From NCBI GenBank assembly GCA_004431415.1, contig QPMI01000201.1:50998-114997 (forward strand): DNA of 64,000 bases, in the 5' to 3' direction. How positions within the stretch are numbered: position 1 is the stretch's first letter; every line of letters starts with the position of its first letter. Under the pieces are notes generated by a model. That model did not search any database. It saw nothing but the letters and a program-made list of their open reading frames with translations, and was not told the DNA's origin. This DNA comes from Cyanophora paradoxa CCMP329 (lineage: Eukaryota > Plantae > Glaucophyta). Made by a program: the position numbers and the translations under genes. Positions 39,725 to 51,571 of this stretch are shown here, in pieces.

Positions 39725-42064
39725 ATGTCACTTGGTCCGCAGGAGCCTCAAATGGCGCAAGGGGCGGCGGAGGTGTTCGTTGAGAAAGTCCTTGCCGTAA
39801 GCTCGTCCCACCCGCTTTCCGCACGATCCGGGCCGCGAATGTGCGCTAATATGCGCGTACGCGACATCGCTATGGCTGCAGTACATGGAGGATATTGGCA
39901 AGGTCCGCTTTTGCGCGTGGCCCCCTTTAACTAGCGCTTCGCCCTCCTGACGCGAGCCCGGCCCCGATCATTGCACCCTCTCGCAGCCGATAATCAAGAT
40001 TCCCAGTTCGTTCCCCAGGCAGCGTCTTTCCGTGCCTGCTGACTCGGGTGTATCGCCCTTGATTGCCGTTACTGTGCGCAGCTTTGGGTGCGCCCGCTCC
40101 TTCTGCCCATGCATGATCTATCAATAAGGACACATTTTGAAATCTTTCCGCAGGTCACAAGGAGCTCGATCGTGCGATCAAATTTTCCTTGCTTGGGCAG
40201 CCCCATGCGCACGGCGAGCTAATGAACACCTTCCTTCGCGTTGCGGCACTCGCAGTTTTCACATTGTACGCGCCCCTCCCTGCTCCTTCGCGCACTTCCA
40301 TGCGCTAACGCCCGGCGCAGGTACCAAGAAGTCACCAGTCGCGGTGGCCTGAAACATGTGGTTGAAGCCAAGTGCGCCCTCTCAAGACTTCGTATTAAAT
40401 ACGGCGGATGCTGATATCTCCGTCACAGGCTCTGGCAGGAAGTCAGCAAGGCGCTGGACCTGCCTTCGACGTGCACCGGTGCGGCTCTACGCGCGCTTCA
40501 ACGCGCCGCGCGCGTTAGCCACGCGCTTTGACATGCGTTGCTTTGTGCAGATTCCGGCTACCGGCTGCGGAAGCATTACCAGCAGTGCCTGTTCGACTAC
40601 GAGCGGTGTGTTTGCGTTCTTTGCGCCTCGCCTGCAACGCCGCTGAGTTGTCACCGTGCAGGCGCTTCTTCTTCGGTGCTGCCGCCCCGGGATGCCCGAG
40701 CGAGGCGTCGCGCGCCGGCTGAGGGCGACCCGCGTGCGCAGGGATCGACGACAGCAAGCTAGAGCTGCAGGACGGCGGCTCGGGGAGCTCCAGCAAGGCC
40801 GCCCGGCCCCTGAAGCGCACCGGTGCTTCATTCCGCGTCGCCTCGATGGGACCGATCGCCGTCGCCGTCTGACTCGCTTCGCGCCTCCTTCTCTAGCCTC
40901 CGAGCTCAACGGTCGCGATCGTCCCATCCGCAGCTCCGCCGGTGCGAGTGCTCTCGCTAGCCGAGCCTGAAGGGACCTTCGCTGTGAGGGATGACCCGGG
41001 CGGGCGACTGCAGCGCACTTCTACCGGAGCGAGGGCGCCGAGTCGGACGAGGAGGACAGCGTCAGCGGGCGCGGCTCCGCCGGCAAGCCCGCTTCGCGTC
41101 GGGCCCCCGTCAGCCCGCACCGCCCGCCAGCCGCCCCGCGCCACGTGCACGAGCGCGACGTCGAGCGGCCCTCCGCCGAGAAGCGCCAGCACAGCGCCGA
41201 GAAGCGCCAGCACAGCACCGACGCGCACGCGCCCGCCGCGCCCCCCTGCGCTCCGGCTGCCGGCCAGCAGACCCCGCTGCCGGTCCCCGTGCCCGTGCCG
41301 GCGCCTGTGCACGCCACGCGGCCGCCGCGGCCGGCGGCGGCTCAGGCTGCGGCGGCGCGGCCGGCGGCGGCGCCGGCGACGCGGCCGCTGCTCGGGGCGA
41401 GCGACTCGTCGGACTCTGATGAGGCGCGGAGCCACAAGAGCACCTCGACGGGCGCATCCTCCTCCTCCGCTGGGCCCCGCTCGCCGACGCGTGGCCCGGC
41501 CCCGCACGCGAACGTGCGCCGCGCCCGCTGGCGCCTTTCCCGCCGCTGCCGCGGCTGAGGGCGGCGCAGGGCCCGTGCCCGGAGCGGACGCGCCACGTCA
41601 ACCTGGGGCGCCTTTCCCGCGCTGCTCTCGAGGTGGGTCCGCCCCCCGCGGCGGCCGGCGCCGACCTGACAGGCCGCGCGCGCAGCGCTACCGCAAGACG
41701 TACAAGCTGAAGCCGCTGCCCGAGGATGCCTCGAAGGAGGAGCTCGCCAAGGTGCCCCCCCGCGCTTCCGCCCCGCGCGCCTCGAGAAGCTTCTTTTGGG
41801 TCTGACGCGGGGCGGGCGCGCCACGCGCAGTCGGCGGCGGAGCACTTCGCGCGGCTGGTGCCGCTTGACGAGCGCGGTATCATCGAGGGCTTCCTCCACC
41901 GCCTCAAGAGTGCGCGCCCGGCCATCGCATCCCCGCGCCCGCGCCCCGCCCCGCCCTGCCCCGCCCCGCCATACCCCGCCCCGCCCTACCTCGCCTTGGT
42001 TCGCTTCAGCTGATCACGACGCCGGCGTGTGCGGCTCGCAGACATCGACCTCCACGTGCTCTGA
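39725..42064 (+). CDS. ARID-domain protein with C-terminal SAP30 Sin3-binding domain
   Basis: Spliced ARID: FVEKVLA-YMEDIGK-PIIKIPTLGHKELDLFTLYQEVTSRGGLKHVVEAKLWQEVSKALDLPSTCTDSGYRLRKHYQQCLFDYER. C-terminus: VNLGRLSRAALE-RYRKTYKL...SKEELAK-SAAEHF...DERGIIEGFL. Confidence 0.85.
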
Positions 42065-43021
42065 GGGCCGGGCGGCCCCGCGCCGCCCAGCGCCCCTCGC
42101 GCGCACCTTATCCACGACCAACGCCGATCGCACAGCAAGTTTCAACCCGTTTCATAATGACCTATTTATCTCCTTTCGCATTCGATGCAGTTTCGCATTC
42201 CTATTCCTTTCACATTATAAAGTGGGACAGTCTGATCCCTATGTGACAATACCGTAGAGTACCATATAGTCGGACGTGTACAGCAGCACAATTTTGGTTC
42301 CTGAGTTTACCTTCCCCTTTCCAACCAGTGCTTTTTGCAACGCCGCAGTTCGCCGGTTCTTGAGCTTTGTTTCAAATTTTGCCTCTAGGCACGCGGCATT
42401 GTATAGCAGGGACGATGTATGTTAGTTAATCGCATAGTTGGATGCTCTGCGAGCGCCCGTCCTTGTGCCTCACCGTAGCCTAGTCAGTTGCAGAGTTGTA
42501 GAGTAATCGTAGATAGTTTCAAATTCAGACCCGTTTAGTTCGAATTAACGAGCCTTCAAGCTTTTACGGAGCGGCAGCTGCAGTCTCTGCTGCTGTAGCC
42601 TTCTATGGCTATTATAGATATATCATCTTATACGTATAGCTAGGAACTGGCACAACGTTTAGCCCGGCGCCGGCGTCGGCCCCGCCCCTCGCTAACAGCG
42701 ATTCTCACTTTGATGGACCGTCGGACCCTTCAGGCTTTCACCGTTGGACCGTAGATCGCCACCGGCTAGCAGCTCAGGCCAGGCCCCCGGCCCGGCTCCC
42801 CGTTGTGCCCGTTTCGAGTTTCCAATGTACCGTACCAACCAGTACTTTCAACCTTCTCATTTGCAATTGCAATTGCAGCGCTAGCGCAAATTTCGAGCTC
42901 GAATCCCTACGTTCCTACTAGGCTAGCTATATAGTTGAAAAAGGTCTAGATTGTGGGGCTCCGGATCCGTTCAGGGAGCTTCCACCCTACCTAGCGAGCC
43001 CCACGAGGGGACGCGGGAGGC

Positions 43022-46000
43022 CTAGGACGTGGGGCGCAGCGCGCCCGCGACGCCGGCACCGACGAGGGAGGGCCTGCGGGGGAGGCCGCTGTAGGGGCGG
43101 GAGTTGGGGCGGGAGGAGCGGGAGCTGCTTGGCGGCCTCGGGCGCGCCGGCGGGGGCGCCCCCGGGACGCGGGGCGGCGAGCCTGGGTGGGAGGGGGCGG
43201 ACTGCGGCCGGTGGCTGAGGCCCATGCCGGCCGCCCACGCGCCCGGGGACTGCCAGGACTGGGAGCCCGGGTCCGGGCTCGCCGCCTGGGAGTAGGCGGG
43301 GTTCGAGGCGGCGTCGGCCCCGGGGGCGCCGGAGTCGCGGATCGCGGCCTGGACGATGAAGGGGGCGAGGGTGGCGGCGTCCTTGGCGGTCTGGAGCTGG
43401 GCCTGGAGGAAGGCGACCTCCTCGCGGTGCCGCGCCGCCTGCTCCCGCATCGCCGCCCGGTGCCGCGCCTCCGCCTCCTCCACCCGCCCGTCCACGTCCG
43501 TCCGCTGCCCCGCCATCGCTTGCTGCGGCGCGCGGTCGGCCGGGGCCGAGCGGAGCAGCGCAGAATTCGAATTCGAAACGGGCGAATGACGTACCCCGAG
43601 GGCGGCGTAGATGGTGCGCTCGGCCTCGACCTCGACGAGCCCGCGCTCCAGCTCCTCCTTGGAGCGCTGGTACGCCTCCTTCGCCTGAAAAGGAAGATGA
43701 GATTTGATGGGAGGAGCGGCGAGGCGAGACAGGACCTTGGCGGTGTCCTGGAGGAGCCACTCCTTGTCGCTGACGGCGCGGGCCTGCCGCTCGAGCTCCG
43801 CGGCCAGCGCGTCGCACTTGAGCTTGAGGAAGGCCACCTCGTCCCGCGACTTGGCGCCGGCCTCGCGCGCCCGCGCCGCCTTGGCGCCCGCCCAGTCCGC
43901 GAACCACGCGCACGCCGCGCGGGCCTTGGCCGTGCGCGTCGCGAGGAGCGCGGCGAGGCGCTCGAGGGCGACCTCCTGGCGCTCGACCTCGGCCTGGAGC
44001 CGCTCGCGGTCGCGGAAGGCCCCCGCCCGCAGCTTCGCGTTCAGCCCCCCGACCGCCCCCCGGGCTCCGCGAGCGCCGCCGCCTGGCCCTGCCTCTTGCC
44101 GCCCCTGCTGGAGGCCGCCGCCGCCGCCGCCGCCGCCTCCGCGACGTCGACGGCCTCGCGGCGCTCGACGCGGGCGAGGGCGAGCTCCTCCCGCAGCTCC
44201 CGGTTCGCCGCCTCCTTCTTCTTGAGCGCCTCGCCCAGCTCGGCGATGGTCACCGCCTGCGCCGCCACGCGCCGCTCCGCCTCCGCCAGCGCCGCGATCT
44301 GCTCCGCCCCGCTCCCCGCCGCCCGCGCCCCGGCCGCTGCACCGTCACCCGCTGGCCCGCCGGCGGCTGCGGCCCCGGCCCGGGCCCGCCTCCGCCGCGG
44401 CCCGCTGCTGGCCCCGAGCGCCGCCGCGGCCGCCGCCGCGGCCGCGGCGCGGACGGCGGCCCCGCCGGGCTCGCCGTGGGCGGGCGCGGCGCGGCGCTGG
44501 GATGGGCGGCAGGGCGAGCCGCTCGTCGCCGCCCTCCTCGAAGCTCAGGCCGACCATCGCCGCCGCCGAGCCGCCCCAGCCGGTGGGGGCGGGCCCCCGG
44601 GCGGCGCGACGGGCGGGGCCTGCGGGATGGCGGCGAGGGCGGCGCCCAGGTCGGCCCCCGCGGCGCCGCCGTCGTGGAAGTCCCGCATGCGGCGGGCGCC
44701 CGTCGCCTGCACCGACCGCAGCGTGTAGATCTGCCCGCGGCGTCGGCCCGGCCGGGTACAGCAGAAGGGAGGGCGAGGGAGGGGGGGGGGGGCCGACCTC
44801 GTTCTGGAGGCCGCGGATGGTGACCTCGGCGGCGACGAGCTGCGCCATGCACGCCTGCAGATCCGACTCCGCACGCGCCGCCTGCGCCCCGCCCAGCCGG
44901 CGCGTCGTTGTCGGCCCGCGGCAGCGCGAATGGGGCGGGGCGGGGCGGCGCACGCGAACGCCGGAGTCGGCGACCTCGGCGCGCAGCGGGCCGAGCTGCG
45001 TCTCCTTCCACCGCACCTCGGACGCCAGCTCCTCCCGAGCCGCCTCCGCCTCCTGCCGCCCGGTGAGATGGGCGGGATCGAGCGCGGGGCCGGCGCACGG
45101 CGGTGGCGGCCTGGACGCGGACGCTGGCCTGCTCGGCGGCGGCGGCGGCCTCGGCGCGGGCCGCCGCCAGCGCCTCCTCGCCCCTCCCGATCGCCTCCCG
45201 CGCCTCCATCAGCTCCCGCTCCTTCTTCGCGAGCTGCACGAAGCAGAAAAAGGCGCTCGCTCAGCTCGCTCGCTCGCGCCTGGCGGGCAGCCGAGGACGG
45301 CAGGGCGGAAGGGCGGCACCGTCTGGCGCAGCTCCTCCAGCGCGATCGTGAGCTCCCGCATCCTGCGCGGCGCGGCGCGGCGCGGCGCGCGGTCAAGCCA
45401 CGAGAGAAGAAGGCCGGGCGCTCGAGGAGGAGCGGCGGAGGCGCACTTGTGGGGCGCGCCGGCCGACTCGGCCGAGTTCTTGACGGCGTCCTCGCGGGCG
45501 CGGAGGGCGGCGATGCGGCCCTCGGCGCGCGCCGCCTCCACGGCCGCCTCGAGCCGCTGCACCTCCGCCTCGCGCTCCTCGAGGCGCGCCCGCAGCTCGC
45601 CGCCCTCTCCCGCGAGCCGCGCCGCGTCGGCCATGGCCCGCCCGCGCTCCCGGGGGGCGCCCCGGCCCGCACGGCCTCCAGCGCCGCCTCGAGCGCCCGC
45701 GCCCGCTCCTCGCCCCGCGCCACCAGCGCCTCCAGCGCCGCCACCCGCTCGTCCTCCTCCTCCTCCGCCGAGGCCGCCGCCGCCGCCTCCTCGTGCATCG
45801 CCCGGCCCCGCGCGCTCGACGCCGTCGCAGGCGGCTGGCTGCCGGCCGCCGGTGTGGCGGGGACCGCCGAGGCGGCGGCGGAGGCGGCGCGGCGCTCCGC
45901 ATCGTCCAGGCGCGTCCGCAGGATCTCGACCTCGCCCTCCAGCACCTTGGCCTTGTGCCGCGCCACCGCCTCGTCCGCCCGCGCCGCCGCCTCCGCCGCG

Positions 46001-48572
46001 CGCGCCAGCGCCAGCGGGTCGCGCGCGGCGCCGCCGGGGCCGGCCTTGAGGCGGTGGAGCCCCTGGGAGAGCTCCTCCTCCAGCTGCCGCACGCGCGCCT
46101 GCGACGAGGCGAGCTGCGAGCGGAGGACCGCGAGCTCCTTCTCCAGCGCCCCGGCCCGCTGCCGCGCCGCGTCGGCCTCCGCCGACGCCGCCAGCGCCGC
46201 CGTCGTCGCCGCCAGCGCCTCGCTCTCCGCCGCCGCCGCCTCCTCCTCCCCGCGCGCCGCCGCCGCCGCCTGCGCCGCCGCCGCGGGGTCCCGCTCCGCG
46301 TGCGGCGTCCCCGGCTTCTGCTCGGCCGCGACGGCCTTGGCGAAGGCCGCGCGCGAGGCGGCGAGGGTCGCCAGGCGCTGCCGCAGCGCGACGGCCTCCT
46401 TCTCGAGGGCGCCCGCCGAGATCGCGAGCCGCTCGTTCTCGTTGCGGAGGCGACCGTTCTCCAGCGCGAGGCCCTCGCTGGCCGCCGTGGCGCGCCCCTT
46501 CTCCTCCCCCGCCGCCGCCAGCGCCGCCTCGAGCTCCGTGACGCGCCTGCGCGGACGGCGGCGCCCGCTCAGCGGCGGCGGCGGCGGAAACGAGGCGGCG
46601 TGGCCCGAGCCCGCAGCGCGCACTTTTGGAGGGCGGTCGTCTCGATGTAGGCGGCCGCCCCGAGGTCGTACAGCTGCGCGGGGCCGCTCAGCTAAGTCCG
46701 GGCGGGCGGGCGGGCGGATGTCGAATACGAGTTCTAATCTACGGCGAACTGCACAAATGACTCGAGAAACTCGGGCGGGCGGCCGTGCAGCGGGCGGCGG
46801 GCGGGCGGGCGGGCGGGCGGGCGGAGACTCTAATCTAAGACTCGAGAAACTCGGGCGGGTGGGCGGGCGGGCGGGCGGCGGGCGGTCATGCGGAGCGGGG
46901 TGGCGGGGGAGCGCACGCGCTGGTGGGCGATCTTGAGCTGGTCCTCGCGCTGCCGGTCCCGCGCGAGCGCCGCGAAGAGGTCCGCGAAGCGCTCCGGGCT
47001 CTGCTGGAAGACCGCGAAGTTCCGCGCTGCGATCTGCTCCTGCGGGGAGAGTCGGCGCCGGCGCGGGGCTCATCGCTCGACCCTATATTGGCGATTGCTA
47101 CTAGAGTCTGTTCGGTTGTCGCGGGGGGTCACCTGCGCGTCCAGGGCCGCCCGCAGCGCGTCCATCTCCTTCTCGTCCTCCGCGAGGCGCGCCCGCAGCG
47201 CCTCGGCGGCCGCCTCGACTCCCCCGAGCCGCGCCGCCTCCGCCTCCGCCTCCGCCAGCCGCGCGTCCTTTCCGGAGTCCATCAGCGCGCGCCGCAGCCG
47301 CGCGGCCTCCTCCTGCGCCCGGTGCAGCTCCTCCTGCAGCGTCGCCGCCCGCCGCGCCTCCGCGTCCCCGCGGGAGAGCCCCTCGCGCATGCTCGCGAGC
47401 TGCTCGCGGAGTGCGACGAGGGCCCCGGCCGAGGTCTCCCGCTCCCGCTCCGCCGCCGCCGTCTGCGCCTTCGCCTCTGCCACCTGCGCCTCCAGCTGCC
47501 CCTGCGCGCCCCGCCCCGGCTCAGCCGCCTGCGAAGCTTCTTCGCGGGTCGAAGGGCGGGGCGCACGGAGGCGGCGGAGGCGGCGGCGAGGGCGGCCTGG
47601 AGCCGCTCGAGCTCGGCGGCGCGGGCGTCGAGCTCCTTCTGGAGGTCCCCGATCGTGTCCGCGAGGGAGGCCGTCTTGTGCCGCATGGCCGCCGCCTCCT
47701 CCTCGGCCGCCTCCGCCGCCCGCCGGTGCTTCTCCGCCAGCGCCTGCACCGCCTCCGCCGCCGCCCGAGACGCGAAGTCGACGCCCGCCGCGCTCGGCGC
47801 CGACGCGAACGAGTCGCGCCACTGCCCGTAGTTCGCCTGCGCGCGCGGGGCCGTCGGCGGCGCGCAGCGCAGCGATCGCCCCGCCGGGCAGCGGCTCGCC
47901 CGCAGGTTGTTGAAGAGGAAGCGGTAGAGGTCGTCCACCGGGTGCTCCGTCGAGCTCACGTCCTGGTCCGCGTTGTCTGCGCCCCCGCGTGAGGCGCCGC
48001 TCCGGCGCGGCCACGGCGGAGCCGCTCGCGGGGCGCCCGGGGCGCAGCGCACAGAAGTAGGTCCGGCCCGCCTCGTCCACCTGCTGGCTCCACCCGGCTG
48101 CGCGCGGCGGCGTCGGGACGGCGCCTTGCCCCATGCGTTCGTGGCGCCGGGCGCACGGGGGAGCGGCGAGTTGAGCGCCTCCAGCACGAGCCACATGAAG
48201 TTCTGCTGCAGCGCGGTATCCAGCCCCAGGAAGCTGGCGTAGGCGAGCAGCTCCTGCGAGGCGCGGCATCAATAAATGAGCCATGAACGTCGCCTCCTCC
48301 CGCAGCCCCGTAGCTAGCGGTCCGGCGAGGCACGGGGTCCTAGCTTGAAGACACGGGGCCCGCGTCTTTCGGCGACAAATCGAAAGAATAATGCACTGGA
48401 CATCAGATCCACGCAAGCTGTCTGCTACCGTGACGGGGCTTCGGGGCTTTCGGCGAACTCGCTACGTCGCCGGCGGGTAGGCTCGGCGTGCCAGAGAGCT
48501 CTTTTCTAGCACAAAGCGGACCTGTGTATGAGCCGGACTGGGCCCCGGGGGCCCTTGGGCCTGCGCTTGCAT
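43022..48572 (-). CDS. CEP164-like WW-domain coiled-coil protein (start uncertain)
   Basis: ELLAYASFLGLD...MWLVLEALNSPLP-PGWSQQVDEAGRTYF-YN...STEHPVDDLYR resembles the CEP164-type N-terminal WW region. About 4.5 kb of coiled-coil exons follow. Confidence 0.7.
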
Positions 48573-48886
48573 CGATGCTGTTGTGTACCCCCCGCGGCGC
48601 TCGCCGCGCGCCCCGTAATGCCAGCCGCCCCTGGCCGCGCCAAACAACGCGCGCAGCCCCGCGCAGCCAGCAGCCGGTCAACAATGCCCCGCGCAGCCAG
48701 CAGCCGTTCGTAACCGCCATGGCCGAGGTTGATCATGACCGCGCCGCCGGCGTCGTCGCGGATCGCTAGGCTTGCGAGCGCTACCGGCACCGAACTACGC
48801 TCTTTGCTCGCTCCTTGTTCGTCGCGACGTCGACGTAAACGTAAACGTATCCAACTCCGATCATCGGATCTGGTGCTCACATGCAT

Positions 48887-49423
48887 ATGGGGCGCGATAC
48901 GCCATCACGGGCTTGTAAGAAACCGCCGTCGGACTCCCCGGCCGCGGGCACCCCCAAGCGAAAGAAGCGCTCGACAGAGAGGTCTGTCTCCGTCTGGTGG
49001 CCATGGACGCTGCTGGAGATCCTCACTGATCAGACCGCTTGGAGCGCAGCGTGCAGAGTACGAAGAAGCAGCGCCCTCGCGTTCCGGGTCCCCGAGACCT
49101 GCAAGATCTGGACGAGATCAAATTGCTTGGCTTCGTGCAGTCGACTCGCTTTCACAAGCCCGCAACTGGTGAGCGCCTGACAGCATGCACAGGGTCTGCA
49201 ATTTAGTAAAGGAGTCTGATATAGAAGTGCGATCCAGACTGCCCGAGCTACGCCGCGTTCGACGTGCATGTGCTTTGGTGCAGCGAAGAGGCCTTGATCG
49301 GCCAAGTCATCACGGCCTCGGGGGCATTCCCATCTCTAAGTGCGTGCCAAATCCTCGCCATGGCCGGCCCGTGGCGCTCGCAGCCCCCCTACGGCGCCCA
49401 GCTCAAGGTGCCGTTCTTCCCCG

Positions 49424-49468
<45 letters not shown>

Positions 49469-50419
49469 ACACACACACCCCCCACCCCCACCCCCCACCC
49501 GCCCCCGCCTCTCTTTTCGGCCCGTTCGAGACCGGCTCGGTCCGCGCAGGTGCAGCGCTGGGAAGATATGCAGAAGGGGACCGAGCGGTACAAGTCTTCC
49601 AGCTCAGGCAAGGGTGCCGCTGGTACCCCCCGCCCCCCCCTCCCCTCCCCCTCCCCCCAAACCCTGCGGCTCCCCTTTCCTTCCCCTCTCACGCGCGGCT
49701 CCCCTCTCATCAAGTCTGAGCCATGGCCATTTGCATGCGCAGGACATCAGCTGAATGACGTCATGGGCTTCCTCCTGGTACCCCCGGCGCAGTCCCCGCC
49801 GCCCTACCCCGAAGAGTTCGTCGCGTGGGACCTGGAGACCACCGGCCTCGACCTCCGGAGCGACGAGATCCTGTCGATCGGGGCCGTTCGCTTCCGCGGG
49901 GGGCACCCCACCGAGTGCTTCAGCACGCTGGTCGCCCTCCCGGAGGGCTGGCGGGGAAGGATCCACCCCGAGGCTTTGGCCAAGCACGGCATCACGGCCG
50001 AGAAGGTCCAGGGGGCCCCCTCGGCAAGCGAGGCCATCAAGGCGCTCGTCGACTTCGCCGGGCCGGCTGGGACGTTCGTCGTCGGCCATCGGATCGCTAA
50101 GTTCGACGCGCCGCTCCTCCTCGCCGCCGCCGGGCGCGCCGGCGTTCCGGAGGGGGCCCTCGAGGCGATCCGCGGCTGGGCCGCTATCGACACGATCGAG
50201 CTCTCCGGCCCGTGGGCGCGACGGAGGCGCATCTTCATTGACAGTTTCAAACTCGAGAATCTCGCCGCGCGCTTCAAGATTCCCCTGAGGAAAGCGCACG
50301 ACGCCCTCCAGGACGCCGAGGCGTCGGGCAGGCTCCTCCTCCACCTGATGGAGGAAGGGCAGGCGCTGGCGGACCTCGTCTTCAGGCCCCCCGCGCCCGC
50401 GCCCGCAGCGATAGCCTAG
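48887..50419 (+). CDS. DEDDh (DnaQ-like) 3'-5' exonuclease with N-terminal RecD2-like OB segment
   Basis: Single large exon ~49743-50419: FVAWDLETTGL, VGHRIAKFD, IDT, AHDALQDA. Upstream exons read VITASGAFPSL...AGPWRSQPPYGAQLK-VQRWE. The 5' end is uncertain. Confidence 0.8.
49423..49500. repeat. Poly-C plus (CA)n microsatellite in an intron
   Basis: About 30 C followed by about 12 CA units. Confidence 0.9.
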
Positions 50420-51571
50420 TAGGCGGCGGGCCGCGGCTCCTTTCCCGCGACTTGGCCTCTACATGCTCGATTTTCTAGATTCTGATCATCTCGATCTGTA
50501 CATGTCCAATTGCAACGATCAATTAGTAATCATATGCTAGACCTCGTGCTTCTTGAAATCCTGTATATTAACATGCGAAATTTCAAGTTTTGGAATTGGA
50601 AAGGCTGTCAACGTTTACATTCCGCGCCCACGTCTCAATTAGAGATCTAGAGCCCATGGCGCCGGCCAGTGCACGTGCGGGGCGCGCGCCGCGCGCGGGT
50701 GTGGAAATTAAAGCATGTACATGCAGCCGCTGACTCAGTGAGCATGTACATGTGCCCTGCAGGCTGCAGTGCAGCTGCTCGCCCGGCGGGCCCAACGTTG
50801 ACTTAACTTCGAATTCCGGCGCTGCTCATGATGAGGATCGACAGCTGCAGGGCCCGCGGCCTCCCGCCCATTTAAATAATTGGCGCCGGCCAGATCTAGA
50901 ACTAGATATCGCGTGAATCGCGGCATGATCACGAATACCGCGCGTTAACGATTGATCCGAAGGAACGCACGGGATTCGCAATCATGCGCTTCAAGTTGAC
51001 GTGGGTGACGCGAGCGCTTTGAGCCATTGTTAACTTTTTTACCTTCATTGCCTGTACCCGCCAGATCGCGTTGTTCAGCTCCGAGGTGCCAGCCTGGCAG
51101 CAGCGCTGCAGTGGCAGGCTGGCAGCAGCTGCAGGGCCCGCGGCCGGGCTGGCACTGCGGCAGCAGCAGGTGCTCCCCATTAATATTCGACTCGGGCGAG
51201 CTCGGGAGTCGGGCCGGAGCCGCGCGCGCACACCGATCGCGAGTCGGATCGGAGCCGCGCCGGCGCGGCTCATGATCAGAATCCCGATCAGGCTCATCAT
51301 CATCAACAGGCCTAGCTATAGGCGAGGATCGGATATCGACAGCCTGGCAGGCTCATCATGATCATCATCAACAGGCCCTAGCTATAGGCGCAAGAATCGC
51401 CGGCGCCGCTAAGTCGAGAAGCGGAGCAGCTAGCACGCGCGTACGTACGCGCATCTAGATCTGGCAGAGCCTGGCACTGCCTATAGCTATAGCAAGCCCT
51501 GGCAGCTGAGCTCGCGATCGAGCAGCTGGCGCAACTGATCGCAGCAGGCCCTAGGATCGGATCGCAGCAAA

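Noticed and set aside
46690-46890. Short tandem duplication (CTCGAGAAACTCGGGCGGG)
   Set aside because: Local intronic slippage with no element hallmarks.
958-47913. Many long Arg/Pro/Gly/Ala-rich ORFs (e.g. 2238-4241, 27965-29932, 44930-46936)
   Set aside because: Shadow frames caused by high GC and stop-codon scarcity; they overlap well-supported spliced genes.
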